A stretch of 62,749 nt of DNA, from the NCBI GenBank assembly GCA_964603885.1, contig CAZRWM010000002.1, forward strand, positions 1 through 62,749, given 5' to 3'. The notes below the pieces were generated by a model. The model had not been told where the DNA came from. It worked only from the letters and a program-made list of their open reading frames with translations, and did not search any database. The DNA is from an uncultured bacterium (GTDB lineage: Bacteria; Muiribacteriota; UBA6191). How positions within the stretch are numbered: position 1 is the first letter of the stretch; each line of letters opens with the position of its first letter. A program made the position numbers and the translations under genes. Shown here piece by piece: positions 9,651 to 20,034 of this stretch.

Positions 9651-10562
9651 TCAAGGGCCAATGTAACCATGAATCCATTGCATTGATAATTTCTCGTAGT
9701 AGCTTATAATCGCCTCGTCGCCGAAATACATTACTATTATAGTTGCGGCGATAATATATGGTCCAAAGGCTATCATCGTATAACCTTGATTTTTCTCTAT
9801 AAACTTTGATTTTATCATGCTAATCGAGCCAAAAATACTACCGAGTAAAGAGGATAAGGCTAGCGCGATTAAAGTTGCTTTATACCCCAAGAATGCACCA
9901 ATAAATGCGGTCAGTTTAATATCACCACCTCCCATTGCATCACGGCCTAAATACACTGAGGTCAAGTGGGCTATACTAAGTAATATTCCGGCACTAAGTA
10001 GCATGCCTAAAAATGAATTACTAATACTAAAAATTGTAATATTTGTAAAAAAACCTTCAGAAATAATCCAGTTGTTGTATAAACCAACAGTAATGATCGA
10101 ACTAATAATAAACCCTACAGCTATTCCCAGAAAATTTAATTCATCAGGAATAATGTAGTAACGGAAATCAATCAAGGTGATCACAAAAAATATAAATATC
10201 ATAAATGAGTAAATAAAGTAGGTAGCTGATACACCATATTTTTGAATGAATAAATAGAGAATAACAAATAAAATCAATTCACTGAAAAGAGACAATGTAA
10301 AGGGTCTCTGTCTGCAATTCTTTTTTAAGGTGAATATCGATATAAAATGGAAAGGGTTGTGGGTTGATTGACAGTCCTGGCATGGTCCAGACTGGTAGCT
10401 AGGAAAGCAGTCAACTAATCGATAACAATGAGGAAGCGTAATATTTTCTTGATTCAAGAGGACTTCTAGCTGATTTTCCAAAAGAGCCATGCGAGCAAAT
10501 CTGTGTACAAGATAAAGCCCTGTACTAGAGCAAAATATTGAACATATAAAAGCGACTAACAT
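9651..10562 (-). CDS. Type IV prepilin peptidase (A24 family, PilD-like)
   Basis: 303 aa polytopic membrane protein. It has an N-terminal Cys cluster (HC...C...CQDC) and the catalytic-type motif AMGGGDIKLTAFIGAFLG. Confidence 0.75.
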   Translation of the reverse strand: MLVAFICSIFCSSTGLYLVHRFARMALLENQLEVLLNQENITLPHCYRLVDCFPSYQSGPCQDCQSTHNPFHFISIFTLKKNCRQRPFTLSLFSELILFVILYLFIQKYGVSATYFIYSFMIFIFFVITLIDFRYYIIPDELNFLGIAVGFIISSIITVGLYNNWIISEGFFTNITIFSISNSFLGMLLSAGILLSIAHLTSVYLGRDAMGGGDIKLTAFIGAFLGYKATLIALALSSLLGSIFGSISMIKSKFIEKNQGYTMIAFGPYIIAATIIVMYFGDEAIISYYEKLSMQWIHGYIGP

Positions 10563-10577
10563 GACAATTATAATTAA

Positions 10578-10593
10578 TGTTTCACGTGAAACA
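10578..10593. other. parS centromere-like site (perfect consensus palindrome)
   Basis: TGTTTCACGTGAAACA is an exact match to the widely conserved 16-bp ParB-binding parS consensus. It lies in a 41-nt intergenic spacer. Confidence 0.85.
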
Positions 10594-10603
10594 ATGGAGT
10601 TAC

Positions 10604-11263
10604 TTAAGAGTTTAATGTGCGGGTTATTGTACCACCATAAAACTGTATATTAATAGACTCTCCATTTCGATTAAGAATATCGGATCTGCCAGACAGAAAA
10701 CCAATTGAAGTTTTGAAATCAGCTGGAGCAATCGCGCGAAATGGAATGGAAAATAAAATGCCACTGTATTGTTGATTAAGACCTAAATCTTCTAAAATGC
10801 TGTGGCTGATTACTAGTTGACCCAGGTTTTGAGGGTCTGGAGTTATCAGAAGTGTCATTAAATTTTCTGGTAAAAATTTACGTAGTCTTGAGGCGATTGG
10901 TCCTTCAATTAATGAATTACTATTTTCATTAAATTGAAATTGAAGAATACTTGGATCGTATTCTATTGTTATGGGTGTGTCATATATACCAGAGATGTCT
11001 TTAATATTTATATTTAATAAAAATGAGGGGCTATCGAAGCTGTTCTGCGTAATTGAAAAATATATTGCATTACTCGGTAAGTCAGACTCAGATAAAATAA
11101 AGGTAGTGTCTGTATCTTCTGGCATTGATTCTTCTCTTATTTGTAATGCTAGCTGTTGTTGAATCTGTTCAGTTTCTATTTTTTTATTTAGTTTAAATAC
11201 GGGGTTATCGCTTGGTTTGCAGCCCATTAGAAGAACTAATGTTAATAAAATTATTCTAATCAT
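10604..11263 (-). CDS. Lipoprotein with cohesin-like domain
   Basis: 219 aa. Lipobox LLMGC. Cohesin-like strand pattern: ISGIYDTPITIEYDPSILQFQ ... GILFSIPFRAI ... INIQFYGGTI. The start overlaps the metzincin stop by 8 nt. Confidence 0.5.
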   Translation of the reverse strand: MIRIILLTLVLLMGCKPSDNPVFKLNKKIETEQIQQQLALQIREESMPEDTDTTFILSESDLPSNAIYFSITQNSFDSPSFLLNINIKDISGIYDTPITIEYDPSILQFQFNENSNSLIEGPIASRLRKFLPENLMTLLITPDPQNLGQLVISHSILEDLGLNQQYSGILFSIPFRAIAPADFKTSIGFLSGRSDILNRNGESINIQFYGGTITRTLNS

Positions 11264-14200
11264 TGGTTATTGATCCATAAGCAGTTTTGAGTATTTCAAG
11301 ATCGGTTAGATCTACATTGCCATCATTGTCAAAGTCCAATGTACAATCTCCCTGATTATTTTCACAAACACGATCTCTGATGGCCTTTGCTAATATAGCT
11401 ACATCAAAACCGTCAATGAGATTATTATCCGGATAAATAAGATTATTTACGAGATTATTCACATTAAGATCAATGAATTTAACAGTCTTTTCATCTACAG
11501 GGGTCATCTGTATACCGTCTATTATCACAGTAATTGATGCGGTTTTGTTAACACTATTTATGTCAGATTGTAAATATTGGGAATAGCTATTATCCAGGTT
11601 TTTTGTAATAGCGCCAATTAACAAACCATAATTACTTTGAATAATAACCGAAGATGTTGTCGGAAGATCAATTCCTTGACCATTTGAAGACTTTGGAAAA
11701 ATATCAATCTTACTAGTAGATCGTCCATCAGAGTAAATAATAGGTTTTGAAATAATTATATTAGTTCTTATCGGGTCTGCTGAACCTAATAAATTAAAAC
11801 TTATTTCCTCAGACGTGAGACTTAGAGTATTGTTTACAAAAAAGTTAATGCGGGCAATTGTACTAAAGTTTGATGATCTAATACTTAGTTCATAACCACC
11901 ATTGATTGATGAATCTTCGATATTCTGATTGAAAAATGAAACATTAGAAGAACCTGCTGGAAATAAACTGTATTCGTTAACATTGATTATTGATGGGGCC
12001 TTTTTAAGAAATTCACCTGACGTTATACTTGCTGTTAATAAGTCAGCATTAAACTCTTTTCCAACAGGAGTATTATCTGGAAATAAAGGAGTAACGATCA
12101 GAGTCGTTATGGATGTTGCATCAGCGGGAATAGAGTTATCTAATAAATTTATTCTCAGTAAGTTTGGATTCACATCTACTATATTTATCTGACCTTGTTG
12201 GCTTATTTGTTGAAACCCTGCTGCTTGTATTGTTCCTAATATAAATGAAAGCCCCTCAACAGTCCCTGGGGTATAAGTAGCTGTTAATAAGCCAGATTGT
12301 TTTAAGCTAGGGTTAATTGCCGGATTCAAGGTACTTGTAAACTCTCCTTGCTCATTTGAGAGAACTCCATCAGAAGTACTTAAAAATATCAATTTTGATA
12401 AATCTGAACCCACTATGGAATTGTCTGAGAATCTAGGAATTATTTGAATTTCTTGAGTCTGATTTGAACCTCGAAGCATATATTGTCTAGTAGTTATTAT
12501 TTCGCATTTAGCAGGGTCAGGAATATCAAAACTTAAATTCAAATTCTGCGACATTGGTCTTCCGGCGATTTCTAATTCAATATTTACAGTCTCAATGGTT
12601 GATGTTGCTTCAATTTCTACTTGATAATAAGGGTTATCATTATCGTCATAAAGTGGGCCTATTACGGGACTACGTATTACATCAATGGCGGGACTACCAT
12701 CTAATCTTGATATTGTAAGATTAAATTGGTCAGTTGGTATTTCGCTAGAAATTATACTACCATCAGAAAACGTAGGCGTGATCGAAACAATTGCTTTTGG
12801 TGTTTGTGGGACATCCGGATGTTTGATATGGATACGGTCGGCATCTATCGTTAGGCGCGAATTTGTTGAGACATTATTAAAACTAATTGATGATGGAAAC
12901 GCAATTTTAACCCCATCTACATAGAAGACAGGGCTTACTAATCCAGGCAGTGAATTAGTCATAGTTATTTGATACGTATTATTTCCAACAGAATTCAAGG
13001 GGAATGTTGTAATAGTGTTTTCCATCGGTTCGGCACTAATACCAGAGATTGGCCAATCAAGTGGTAATGATACTTCTATAGTTGAACCATCAGAAAACTT
13101 GGGGATTAATTGAAAGGTTGCTGGTGCAAGTCCGTTTGCAAATATTGGTCTTGATGTTTGAGGGAGTCCATCATTGTTGAATTTATTAATATCTGGAATA
13201 AATGATATGTCTGTCAAATTTGTACTTGATTTTTCAAATCGTATATCTTGTTGCTTATTAGGTATATTAGCGTCGTCAAACTTAACACTCAAATTTGCGA
13301 CTAATAATGATTTATCACCAGATAATATTGGGCTAAATACTTCTGAAAAATAAGTAAATGATCCATCATTAATAAGTGTTGGAGTAGCTATCGATTGAAT
13401 GGATGAGGAACTAAAACTTCCTGTAGAAATTGTGAATTCTATACGGCTACTTAGATCAGTATTAATTTGATTGTTAAAAATATCTCTAGGTTGAAACTTA
13501 ACTAGAGTTTTTGTATTTCCATTTGCATATAAGATTGAGTCATCTACTACTAAAAAACTATTTACCAAATCAAGATCTTGATTTGTAAGATTAGTTATCA
13601 TGTCTATTTGCTGAGTACGATTGCCGGTGGTGTCAGCTATTAATACAGTAGATGCATTACTAATTCCTGAATCTATTTCAAATTGAGATTCGGCAGTACC
13701 GTTATAAAATTCAGGTGTAAAATTCCTATTTTTAAGTAAAAAAGTAGCTCTGGTTCCAGCAGATACTTGATCAAGAAAGCCAAAATTTTCTTCCAATGTA
13801 ACTTGATTATTATTATTTTGAATTGGAAATGGTTCTATGTAAATGGTGTAATTACCAGGGGGTAATCCTTCAATACGATAGTTCCCGTTTAAATTTACGC
13901 CAGTGGACGTAATGCCCGAGATAGTCGAAATTGATACATTAGGATTGCCTATACGATCCCATGCAATTACATGCGCTCCAGTCACATCATCAGGAAAAAA
14001 ATCACCAGAAGTAATTTTACCCTCTATTACATGCTTGTAAGTATTAGAAGGGGAAGGATAATTAAAAGCTAGGATAGAAATATCGTCTTGTTCGAGTGAC
14101 AATTGGTCGTCACTAAAAAAAGGATACATCGTAGATTCTGGTAGATTAAAAATATCTATATTTTGTTGAGATTGTGGTGAATGATCAAATCCCAATAAAT

Positions 14201-14711
14201 GTCCAAATTCATGGGTAGCTACGGAGGATAAGACAATACGACTTTGATTCACATTTGACGGCCCATTTGCATTGGTTATAAATGTAAATTGACCCTGATT
14301 AAATTGCATATCAACATCTACTATTTCTCGCGAATCTGCATCCGCAGTAACAAATGTTATTCCTATTACTCCTGGTGGAAAACCTGTATTTCCAACAAAA
14401 GTTATCGTGTTTTTAAAGTCAACCGTAGGTCCAAAGTTTGTTGGGCTATCAAAAGTGGTGACCCTATTAAAGGTAATAGACGACTCTTGTATATTTTGCC
14501 ATTGATCCATCGCTGTATTTAGTTCTGAAAGTACTTCTGCGTTAGATAAAGAGGTGCTGGTAGAAGGATTAATTTCGATATTAATTACAGTATTTGGCCA
14601 TTTTACTGATTGTGTCATTCCTGTTGAATTTTGAAATAGAAACGGTACACCAGCTTCCGATGTCAAGCAGTTAAACCAAATGCAGATTGTCAGAGTCCAA
14701 AATTTATTCAT
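11256..14711 (-). CDS. Secreted matrixin-like (M10) zinc metalloprotease with carboxypeptidase-regulatory-like domain, multiple Ig-like repeats and C-terminal dockerin
   Basis: 1151 aa with a signal peptide. Zinc site HEFGHLLGFDHS (nt 14178-14213) and Met-turn STMYP. PPGNYTIYIE beta-sandwich. At least 6 repeats of the type (I/V)xPxFSDGSxI. C-terminal two-segment dockerin (NLIDGFDVAILAKAI ... DFDNDGNVDLTDLEILKTAYG). Confidence 0.85.
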   Translation of the reverse strand: MNKFWTLTICIWFNCLTSEAGVPFLFQNSTGMTQSVKWPNTVINIEINPSTSTSLSNAEVLSELNTAMDQWQNIQESSITFNRVTTFDSPTNFGPTVDFKNTITFVGNTGFPPGVIGITFVTADADSREIVDVDMQFNQGQFTFITNANGPSNVNQSRIVLSSVATHEFGHLLGFDHSPQSQQNIDIFNLPESTMYPFFSDDQLSLEQDDISILAFNYPSPSNTYKHVIEGKITSGDFFPDDVTGAHVIAWDRIGNPNVSISTISGITSTGVNLNGNYRIEGLPPGNYTIYIEPFPIQNNNNQVTLEENFGFLDQVSAGTRATFLLKNRNFTPEFYNGTAESQFEIDSGISNASTVLIADTTGNRTQQIDMITNLTNQDLDLVNSFLVVDDSILYANGNTKTLVKFQPRDIFNNQINTDLSSRIEFTISTGSFSSSSIQSIATPTLINDGSFTYFSEVFSPILSGDKSLLVANLSVKFDDANIPNKQQDIRFEKSSTNLTDISFIPDINKFNNDGLPQTSRPIFANGLAPATFQLIPKFSDGSTIEVSLPLDWPISGISAEPMENTITTFPLNSVGNNTYQITMTNSLPGLVSPVFYVDGVKIAFPSSISFNNVSTNSRLTIDADRIHIKHPDVPQTPKAIVSITPTFSDGSIISSEIPTDQFNLTISRLDGSPAIDVIRSPVIGPLYDDNDNPYYQVEIEATSTIETVNIELEIAGRPMSQNLNLSFDIPDPAKCEIITTRQYMLRGSNQTQEIQIIPRFSDNSIVGSDLSKLIFLSTSDGVLSNEQGEFTSTLNPAINPSLKQSGLLTATYTPGTVEGLSFILGTIQAAGFQQISQQGQINIVDVNPNLLRINLLDNSIPADATSITTLIVTPLFPDNTPVGKEFNADLLTASITSGEFLKKAPSIINVNEYSLFPAGSSNVSFFNQNIEDSSINGGYELSIRSSNFSTIARINFFVNNTLSLTSEEISFNLLGSADPIRTNIIISKPIIYSDGRSTSKIDIFPKSSNGQGIDLPTTSSVIIQSNYGLLIGAITKNLDNSYSQYLQSDINSVNKTASITVIIDGIQMTPVDEKTVKFIDLNVNNLVNNLIYPDNNLIDGFDVAILAKAIRDRVCENNQGDCTLDFDNDGNVDLTDLEILKTAYGSITND

Positions 14712-15300
14712 ACGTTTTAACTAAAGATTTAAGATTGTCTAAACTTCGTTGAGCATAGAAGGCTCTTAATTTTTTTAATCGTGAATCTTTTTGTGATAAT
14801 TGAACTCGTAGTTGACTACGAAGAATAGTTGGTACTTGTAGTGAATAATTGTTTATATCTGAATCAATAAACCATTCTGTTCCTATCTGTTTTAAATTAA
14901 ATGTACCTTGAGACAATCCGATAATTTGCCATTTCTCAGTATCTTCACTGGACCATAAAAATAAACAGTAATTCTTGTCTATTTCGTATCGCAAGGTACC
15001 TGCTACACCTGTTATATAGTTACCTAGTTGACCGCCAGGCTGCATAACTTGAATTTGTGATGGACCGTCCCCTTTGAGAAAATCGTCAATATTAAAGATT
15101 AATTTAGTCCATATATGACCACGCCATATTACAGGTTCTTTATTGATCAACTTAGCTTGAACAATCATTTGTGATTTTAATATCAAATCAGGTAAATCAA
15201 GACTGACTATAGAGGTTGCCCAGCACAATTGACTAACTATAAAAGTGTTTACTAGAATTAATGACAATCGACATAAAGGCATACAAAAACTATCGTACAT
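14704..15300 (-). CDS. Hypothetical secreted protein (198 aa), first gene of the metzincin operon
   Basis: The ORF has a hydrophobic N-terminus and an 8-nt overlap with the metzincin start. No recognisable domain. Confidence 0.55.
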   Translation of the reverse strand: MYDSFCMPLCRLSLILVNTFIVSQLCWATSIVSLDLPDLILKSQMIVQAKLINKEPVIWRGHIWTKLIFNIDDFLKGDGPSQIQVMQPGGQLGNYITGVAGTLRYEIDKNYCLFLWSSEDTEKWQIIGLSQGTFNLKQIGTEWFIDSDINNYSLQVPTILRSQLRVQLSQKDSRLKKLRAFYAQRSLDNLKSLVKTYE

Positions 15301-15389
15301 TAATATTTTTTGTTTATTAATTGCATTAAGAATGTAGGTGGCACAACAAAAAATGTCAATTAAGACACTTTAATGTCGATTCTTCTTTT

Positions 15390-16499
15390 GTGACTAAGCA
15401 ACAATTTAAACTAAATAAAACAAAAATGCCTCAAATGTTTTGGTTTAGTCTTTTATTACTATCAATTGCATTTATGGGCTGTAATGCAGGTGATCCTTAT
15501 GTACCAAGCAGTAAAGGCACAATGGCCATAGTCAATGTTTCACCAATTGAAAATGCTTCAAATGTTCCCATAAATAGTAGCGTATCAGTGACTTTTGAGA
15601 AAGGAATTGATATTCGTACATTAAATAGAGCTACAATTAAATTAAGCTCAATAACTGGTACAACAATCCCAGGAAATATTTCTTATAATTCCGCCACTCG
15701 GGTTGCTACATATACTCCAGTAGTAAATATGAAGGAAGGAACTCATTACGAATTTACTGTTAGTGAGGTAAAAGGCGCAGATGAGGAGTATATCCCTCCT
15801 TACGTATTTCGATTTATAACAGCCGAAGAGTTTTTGGTCACCAGAATTAATCCTCGAGATGAGTTCAATTCAGTAATAGTTACAGGGGTAGGAAAACAAG
15901 AAATATTCGCAATTTTTAATCAAAGCATCGATGTGGCAAAAGTTTCTACCGCTAACTTTTATGCAATAGAGCAATCAAATTCTGACCTTGATTTTGAAGA
16001 GATAATGCCAGCAACGCTTATATATGACGATACATTGAAGCAGCTCAGCATCAAGCCAGAACGCGGCAGACTAAAATTTTCCACAGAATATTTTGTTACA
16101 TTACGAGATATTCAAAGTGTTAACAATGGAATGATAGGAAGTGTAAATTGGACTTTTAATACCGAAGAAATTCGCGTAAATGCAACACAACCCTCTTCTG
16201 ATGCTATGAACATAAGCACAGGAACTGATATAAGTATTTTCTTTCAAGCAGCAGTAGATAAAACTTCCGTAGCTGGTAATATAAAATTGAAAGAGGCTTT
16301 TGGCGTGCAGAAAGAATTTTTCTTTATGGGGGAACCTGAGTACGATTTAGATGATACAAAAATCACTTTTCGAACTAAAGTATCCAGTAGTGACATAGGC
16401 TTGAAAAGTAATACTCGATATGAAATCCAGATAGATGGCGTCTTCACAGCTGAAGGTGAACGCTTCCAAAATTTTCGCTCTTTTTTTACAACGGAATAG
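15390..16499 (+). CDS. Lipoprotein with tandem bacterial Ig-like (SbsA/Big_5-type) domains
   Basis: 369 aa. Lipobox AFMGC. Repeated segments start with the pattern (V/I)xxxxPxxxAxN(V/I)xxx(S/T)x(V/I)x(V/I)xF. GTG start at 15390 (alternative ATG at 15426). Confidence 0.55.
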   Translation: MTKQQFKLNKTKMPQMFWFSLLLLSIAFMGCNAGDPYVPSSKGTMAIVNVSPIENASNVPINSSVSVTFEKGIDIRTLNRATIKLSSITGTTIPGNISYNSATRVATYTPVVNMKEGTHYEFTVSEVKGADEEYIPPYVFRFITAEEFLVTRINPRDEFNSVIVTGVGKQEIFAIFNQSIDVAKVSTANFYAIEQSNSDLDFEEIMPATLIYDDTLKQLSIKPERGRLKFSTEYFVTLRDIQSVNNGMIGSVNWTFNTEEIRVNATQPSSDAMNISTGTDISIFFQAAVDKTSVAGNIKLKEAFGVQKEFFFMGEPEYDLDDTKITFRTKVSSSDIGLKSNTRYEIQIDGVFTAEGERFQNFRSFFTTE

Positions 16500-16537
16500 A
16501 TTTAATATTACTAGCGCATTACACTGCAGTTAGTATT

Positions 16538-17548
16538 ATGAAACCCGCATATTTACTACTTAATTGGTACGAAGAAAATAAACGAGATCTGCCTTGGCGC
16601 CATAATAAAGATCCTTATCGAATTTTAGTCAGTGAAATTATGCTCCAACAGACAAGAGTTGAAGCTGTGATTTCAAAATTTAATACATTTATATCAAAAT
16701 TTCCTACTGTAGAATCATTAGCTTTAGCACAGGAACATGATGTTCTTAAAGAATGGGAAGGCTTAGGTTATTACCGTCGAGCTAAATACTTAAAAGCTGC
16801 TTGTGAGGTGATATATTTTAAATATCAATCGATTTTTCCGAATTTAGCAAAGGAATTGCGTAATTTACCGGGAATTGGAGACTACACTAGTTGCGCTATA
16901 GCTTCTATTGCTTTTGAAGAGGCTGTGCCTGTAGTAGATGGTAACGTTATGAGAGTAATTTGCCGTCATTTTAGTTTAAGGGGTAATCCATATCGAGCGA
17001 AAACAAATCGTCTAATTAGGGAAAGTTTTAACAAAGGTTTTTTTGTTGATTCTAATCCTGGTGATTTTAATCAAGCAATGATGGAATTAGGAGCCTTAAT
17101 CTGTACTCCTATATCTCCAAAATGTCATATATGCCCGATTGATAAAAGCTGTAAAGCTAGATCTGATGAGCTTGTAAGCAAGCTACCCGAACTTGAATCA
17201 AAACAAAAATCTATTGTGGTATACCTATATTTTTTAATATGGCCTGATGAAGATTTTGGAATTCAGTTAACAGACAAAACATGGAGAAATTATCAAAGTG
17301 GATATAAAAGCCTCCCATGGATTGAAGCTTCAAATAAACTGACAGAGAAGCAAATTAAAAAAGGTTTTTTGAAGAATTGGTCAGTAGATATTAAATGTCA
17401 ATTTTCTCAGATTTCGTTTCGTCATGGCATTACAAATTATAAATTAATGTGTAATTTAATAATTCCTACTACCTCGTATACACCTGCCTTGAAAAAACAG
17501 GTTTTGGAGAGTGGTTTATTAAAGAAAGCTCTTGAGCTACTGAAATGA
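16538..17548 (+). CDS. mutY: A/G-specific adenine DNA glycosylase MutY
   Basis: 336 aa. Motifs LPWR, EIMLQQTRV and the HhH LPGIGDYT. FeS cluster loop CTPISPKCHICPIDKSC. C-terminal MutT-like domain. Confidence 0.9.
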   Translation: MKPAYLLLNWYEENKRDLPWRHNKDPYRILVSEIMLQQTRVEAVISKFNTFISKFPTVESLALAQEHDVLKEWEGLGYYRRAKYLKAACEVIYFKYQSIFPNLAKELRNLPGIGDYTSCAIASIAFEEAVPVVDGNVMRVICRHFSLRGNPYRAKTNRLIRESFNKGFFVDSNPGDFNQAMMELGALICTPISPKCHICPIDKSCKARSDELVSKLPELESKQKSIVVYLYFLIWPDEDFGIQLTDKTWRNYQSGYKSLPWIEASNKLTEKQIKKGFLKNWSVDIKCQFSQISFRHGITNYKLMCNLIIPTTSYTPALKKQVLESGLLKKALELLK

Positions 17549-20034
17549 TACACGTAAAACACTTTGTCACTACATTATTGTTTATTCTTTTACCGATTAA
17601 TGTAAAAGCTGCAAAATGGATTTGTCCCGTACATAAAATAGTTCACAAAAAATTTTCTCATTTACAACTGAACAAAAGTATACAGACAGTAGGTGCAACA
17701 TCAACTGCTCAAGTAGGAGAAAAATTTAATTTTCCGGTAATAAATTTTGTGTCGGGAGCAACGCAAACCATTACTGCGGAAGTTCATCGAAGTGGCACGA
17801 TACTAGGTACTGAAATATACCTTTGGGTTGAAGAAACCGCCTATGAAGATTTACAAATAAACAATTTAAATTCAGCTTCCTTTTTAGATGGATCGTTTGC
17901 TGAACTTCAATTTGATCGTAATAACGTGATTTCAGAGTTATTCAACATATTACAAAATCAGGTCGTAAACCAATTAGTAAGTAGTTTTGGCAAAATTCAA
18001 GATCCTCAGAATGCCCGATATAGCGGGCTACATTTTTTACTTTATGACATTCAAGACTCTTTTGAAATTGATGGAACATATGTGGGAGGATATTTTTTCC
18101 CGGGAGACGTAGATAATTTAGGGATAAACTTATTACACATGGATATTAATCCTTTGAATCCAGGTGGAAGAGATAATATTCATGAAATTTCACGTACATC
18201 ATTTTTTCATACTCTTGCTCATGAGCTATTTCATCTTCAACATTTTCATCTTGCTAACGGATCTTCATATTGGAATAACATACCCCCATGGATATTGGAA
18301 GGTTTTGCGCAGTTTGCTGTGTTTAGAGTATTTGAAAAGGGTGTATTCCCCAATACACAGACAGCCATTCTTAATTGGCCTAGTGATGCTCCCGATCAGG
18401 TAAAATCTTACTTAAATTTTCCTCAAAAAACATATCTGTTAGATAGTATTCGTTCTGTTGAATATTACGGTCTTGGATATTTATTTTTTACATTCTTTTG
18501 GGAGCAACTAGGAAAAGATTACATAGATCGTGATCGTATTTTTTACGATTTATTAAGTTTGGGTATACTGCATACACCTCAGTTACGGCAAAAACTAACT
18601 GAGAAGGGTTTGGACTTTGAATCGATTTATGAGCAATTTGTGCTTGCACAATATTTTGATAGTAAACCTTTTGATCTTAAGTTTATTGATTTGGATTCTG
18701 AATCCAATACAGGTGAGCTTAAATCTTTAGCAACCTTAAATGTAAGTACTATGGAGCCTACGACTATGGCCAATGTTAGGCCTTATGATGTTCGTTACAT
18801 ATCGCTGAATAACGATACTGGGAGCTTTCAAAGTCTAAAATTTCGATCTCAATGTCCTTTAATTAATGATGCCTGTGTTCCCTGTGTAAATCCTCGTAAC
18901 TTTAGAGTATTAATGCTACCTTCGAGGAAGACGCTCGCACAGTGTAATAATGATTTGGATCCTTACTCCTGTGTCTTATCACTTAAAAATCATTCAGCTG
19001 TTGTTGAAGGCACAAATTTCAATATAGTTACTCCTCCAGGCGAGTTTACTTTGGCATTTTATTCTGATGAAGACGGACTGCCTAATAGTTGTAGAGAAGC
19101 ACAAAATAGATTTAGTTTTCTTGGTAGTACAGAGATTAATCAAAGCAATCTGCCTAGTTATTCAATAGGCCCTAATATTCAAGTTACTAACAATAAAATG
19201 GAGATAGAATTTCAATTAGATGATCCCGACTCGCTTTCTACGTTTTTTAGTGTAATGGTAAGTCCTAAGAATGCTGCATCGTTTTTTCCAACAAGTTCTA
19301 TTAGTACCCAAACTACGACAATCAGCATAGGAGAGACTTATAAGCTTACATGGCATTTTTTAGAAGATTTAAGTAGTCTGCAGGGCTCTGAAATTCAACT
19401 CTACTTGAGAGACCTTGATCAAGACAAGCTAGCCGTTCCTTTTAAGCTAAAAATTTTTGCTAAAGATCAATTAGATGTTACTACTACAAATATTACAGTT
19501 GAGCCTGGTTGGAATATGATTGCTCTTCAACCACAATTTGGAGGCCAAACAGTTTCCCAAGCCTTAGAGTTGGTAAAGAATGAATTATCTCTTAATAATT
19601 GCATAATTGGATATAAGCAAGGAGAGTTCTTCAATTATTCTGCTGGTGAGGACTCTTGTACAGTAAATGGTAGTAATTCATTTTTAAATCAAAGCTTAGA
19701 GTATGGTCAGGGTTTCTTTGTGTTTCAATCTTCTAATTTAAGTAAGACATTAAGTTGGAATCATATTTTGCCTAGTCGCTGGAAATATTCATTGAGTCGT
19801 GGATGGAATCTTTTGAGCTTGGGTCTAAACTCGCATCCTGATTCGTATACAATTTCTCCTTCTATTCCATTAGCTTTTTACTACGACAATAACTGGGGAG
19901 ATTGGCAGAAATTGTTATTATTTGGAATGAATTCCAATATGCATATAAGAGATCAAAACGATTTTTCGCCATATCAAGCTCACTGGGTTTACTCTTTAAG
20001 TAATCGTAGTTTCATTTTTGAAAAAGCTTACTAG
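17545..20034 (+). CDS. Secreted HExxH protein (putative zinc metallopeptidase), 829 aa
   Basis: Signal peptide, then the motif FFHTLAHELFHLQH. ATGA overlap with the mutY stop. The family could not be assigned by eye. Confidence 0.55.
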   Translation: MIHVKHFVTTLLFILLPINVKAAKWICPVHKIVHKKFSHLQLNKSIQTVGATSTAQVGEKFNFPVINFVSGATQTITAEVHRSGTILGTEIYLWVEETAYEDLQINNLNSASFLDGSFAELQFDRNNVISELFNILQNQVVNQLVSSFGKIQDPQNARYSGLHFLLYDIQDSFEIDGTYVGGYFFPGDVDNLGINLLHMDINPLNPGGRDNIHEISRTSFFHTLAHELFHLQHFHLANGSSYWNNIPPWILEGFAQFAVFRVFEKGVFPNTQTAILNWPSDAPDQVKSYLNFPQKTYLLDSIRSVEYYGLGYLFFTFFWEQLGKDYIDRDRIFYDLLSLGILHTPQLRQKLTEKGLDFESIYEQFVLAQYFDSKPFDLKFIDLDSESNTGELKSLATLNVSTMEPTTMANVRPYDVRYISLNNDTGSFQSLKFRSQCPLINDACVPCVNPRNFRVLMLPSRKTLAQCNNDLDPYSCVLSLKNHSAVVEGTNFNIVTPPGEFTLAFYSDEDGLPNSCREAQNRFSFLGSTEINQSNLPSYSIGPNIQVTNNKMEIEFQLDDPDSLSTFFSVMVSPKNAASFFPTSSISTQTTTISIGETYKLTWHFLEDLSSLQGSEIQLYLRDLDQDKLAVPFKLKIFAKDQLDVTTTNITVEPGWNMIALQPQFGGQTVSQALELVKNELSLNNCIIGYKQGEFFNYSAGEDSCTVNGSNSFLNQSLEYGQGFFVFQSSNLSKTLSWNHILPSRWKYSLSRGWNLLSLGLNSHPDSYTISPSIPLAFYYDNNWGDWQKLLLFGMNSNMHIRDQNDFSPYQAHWVYSLSNRSFIFEKAY

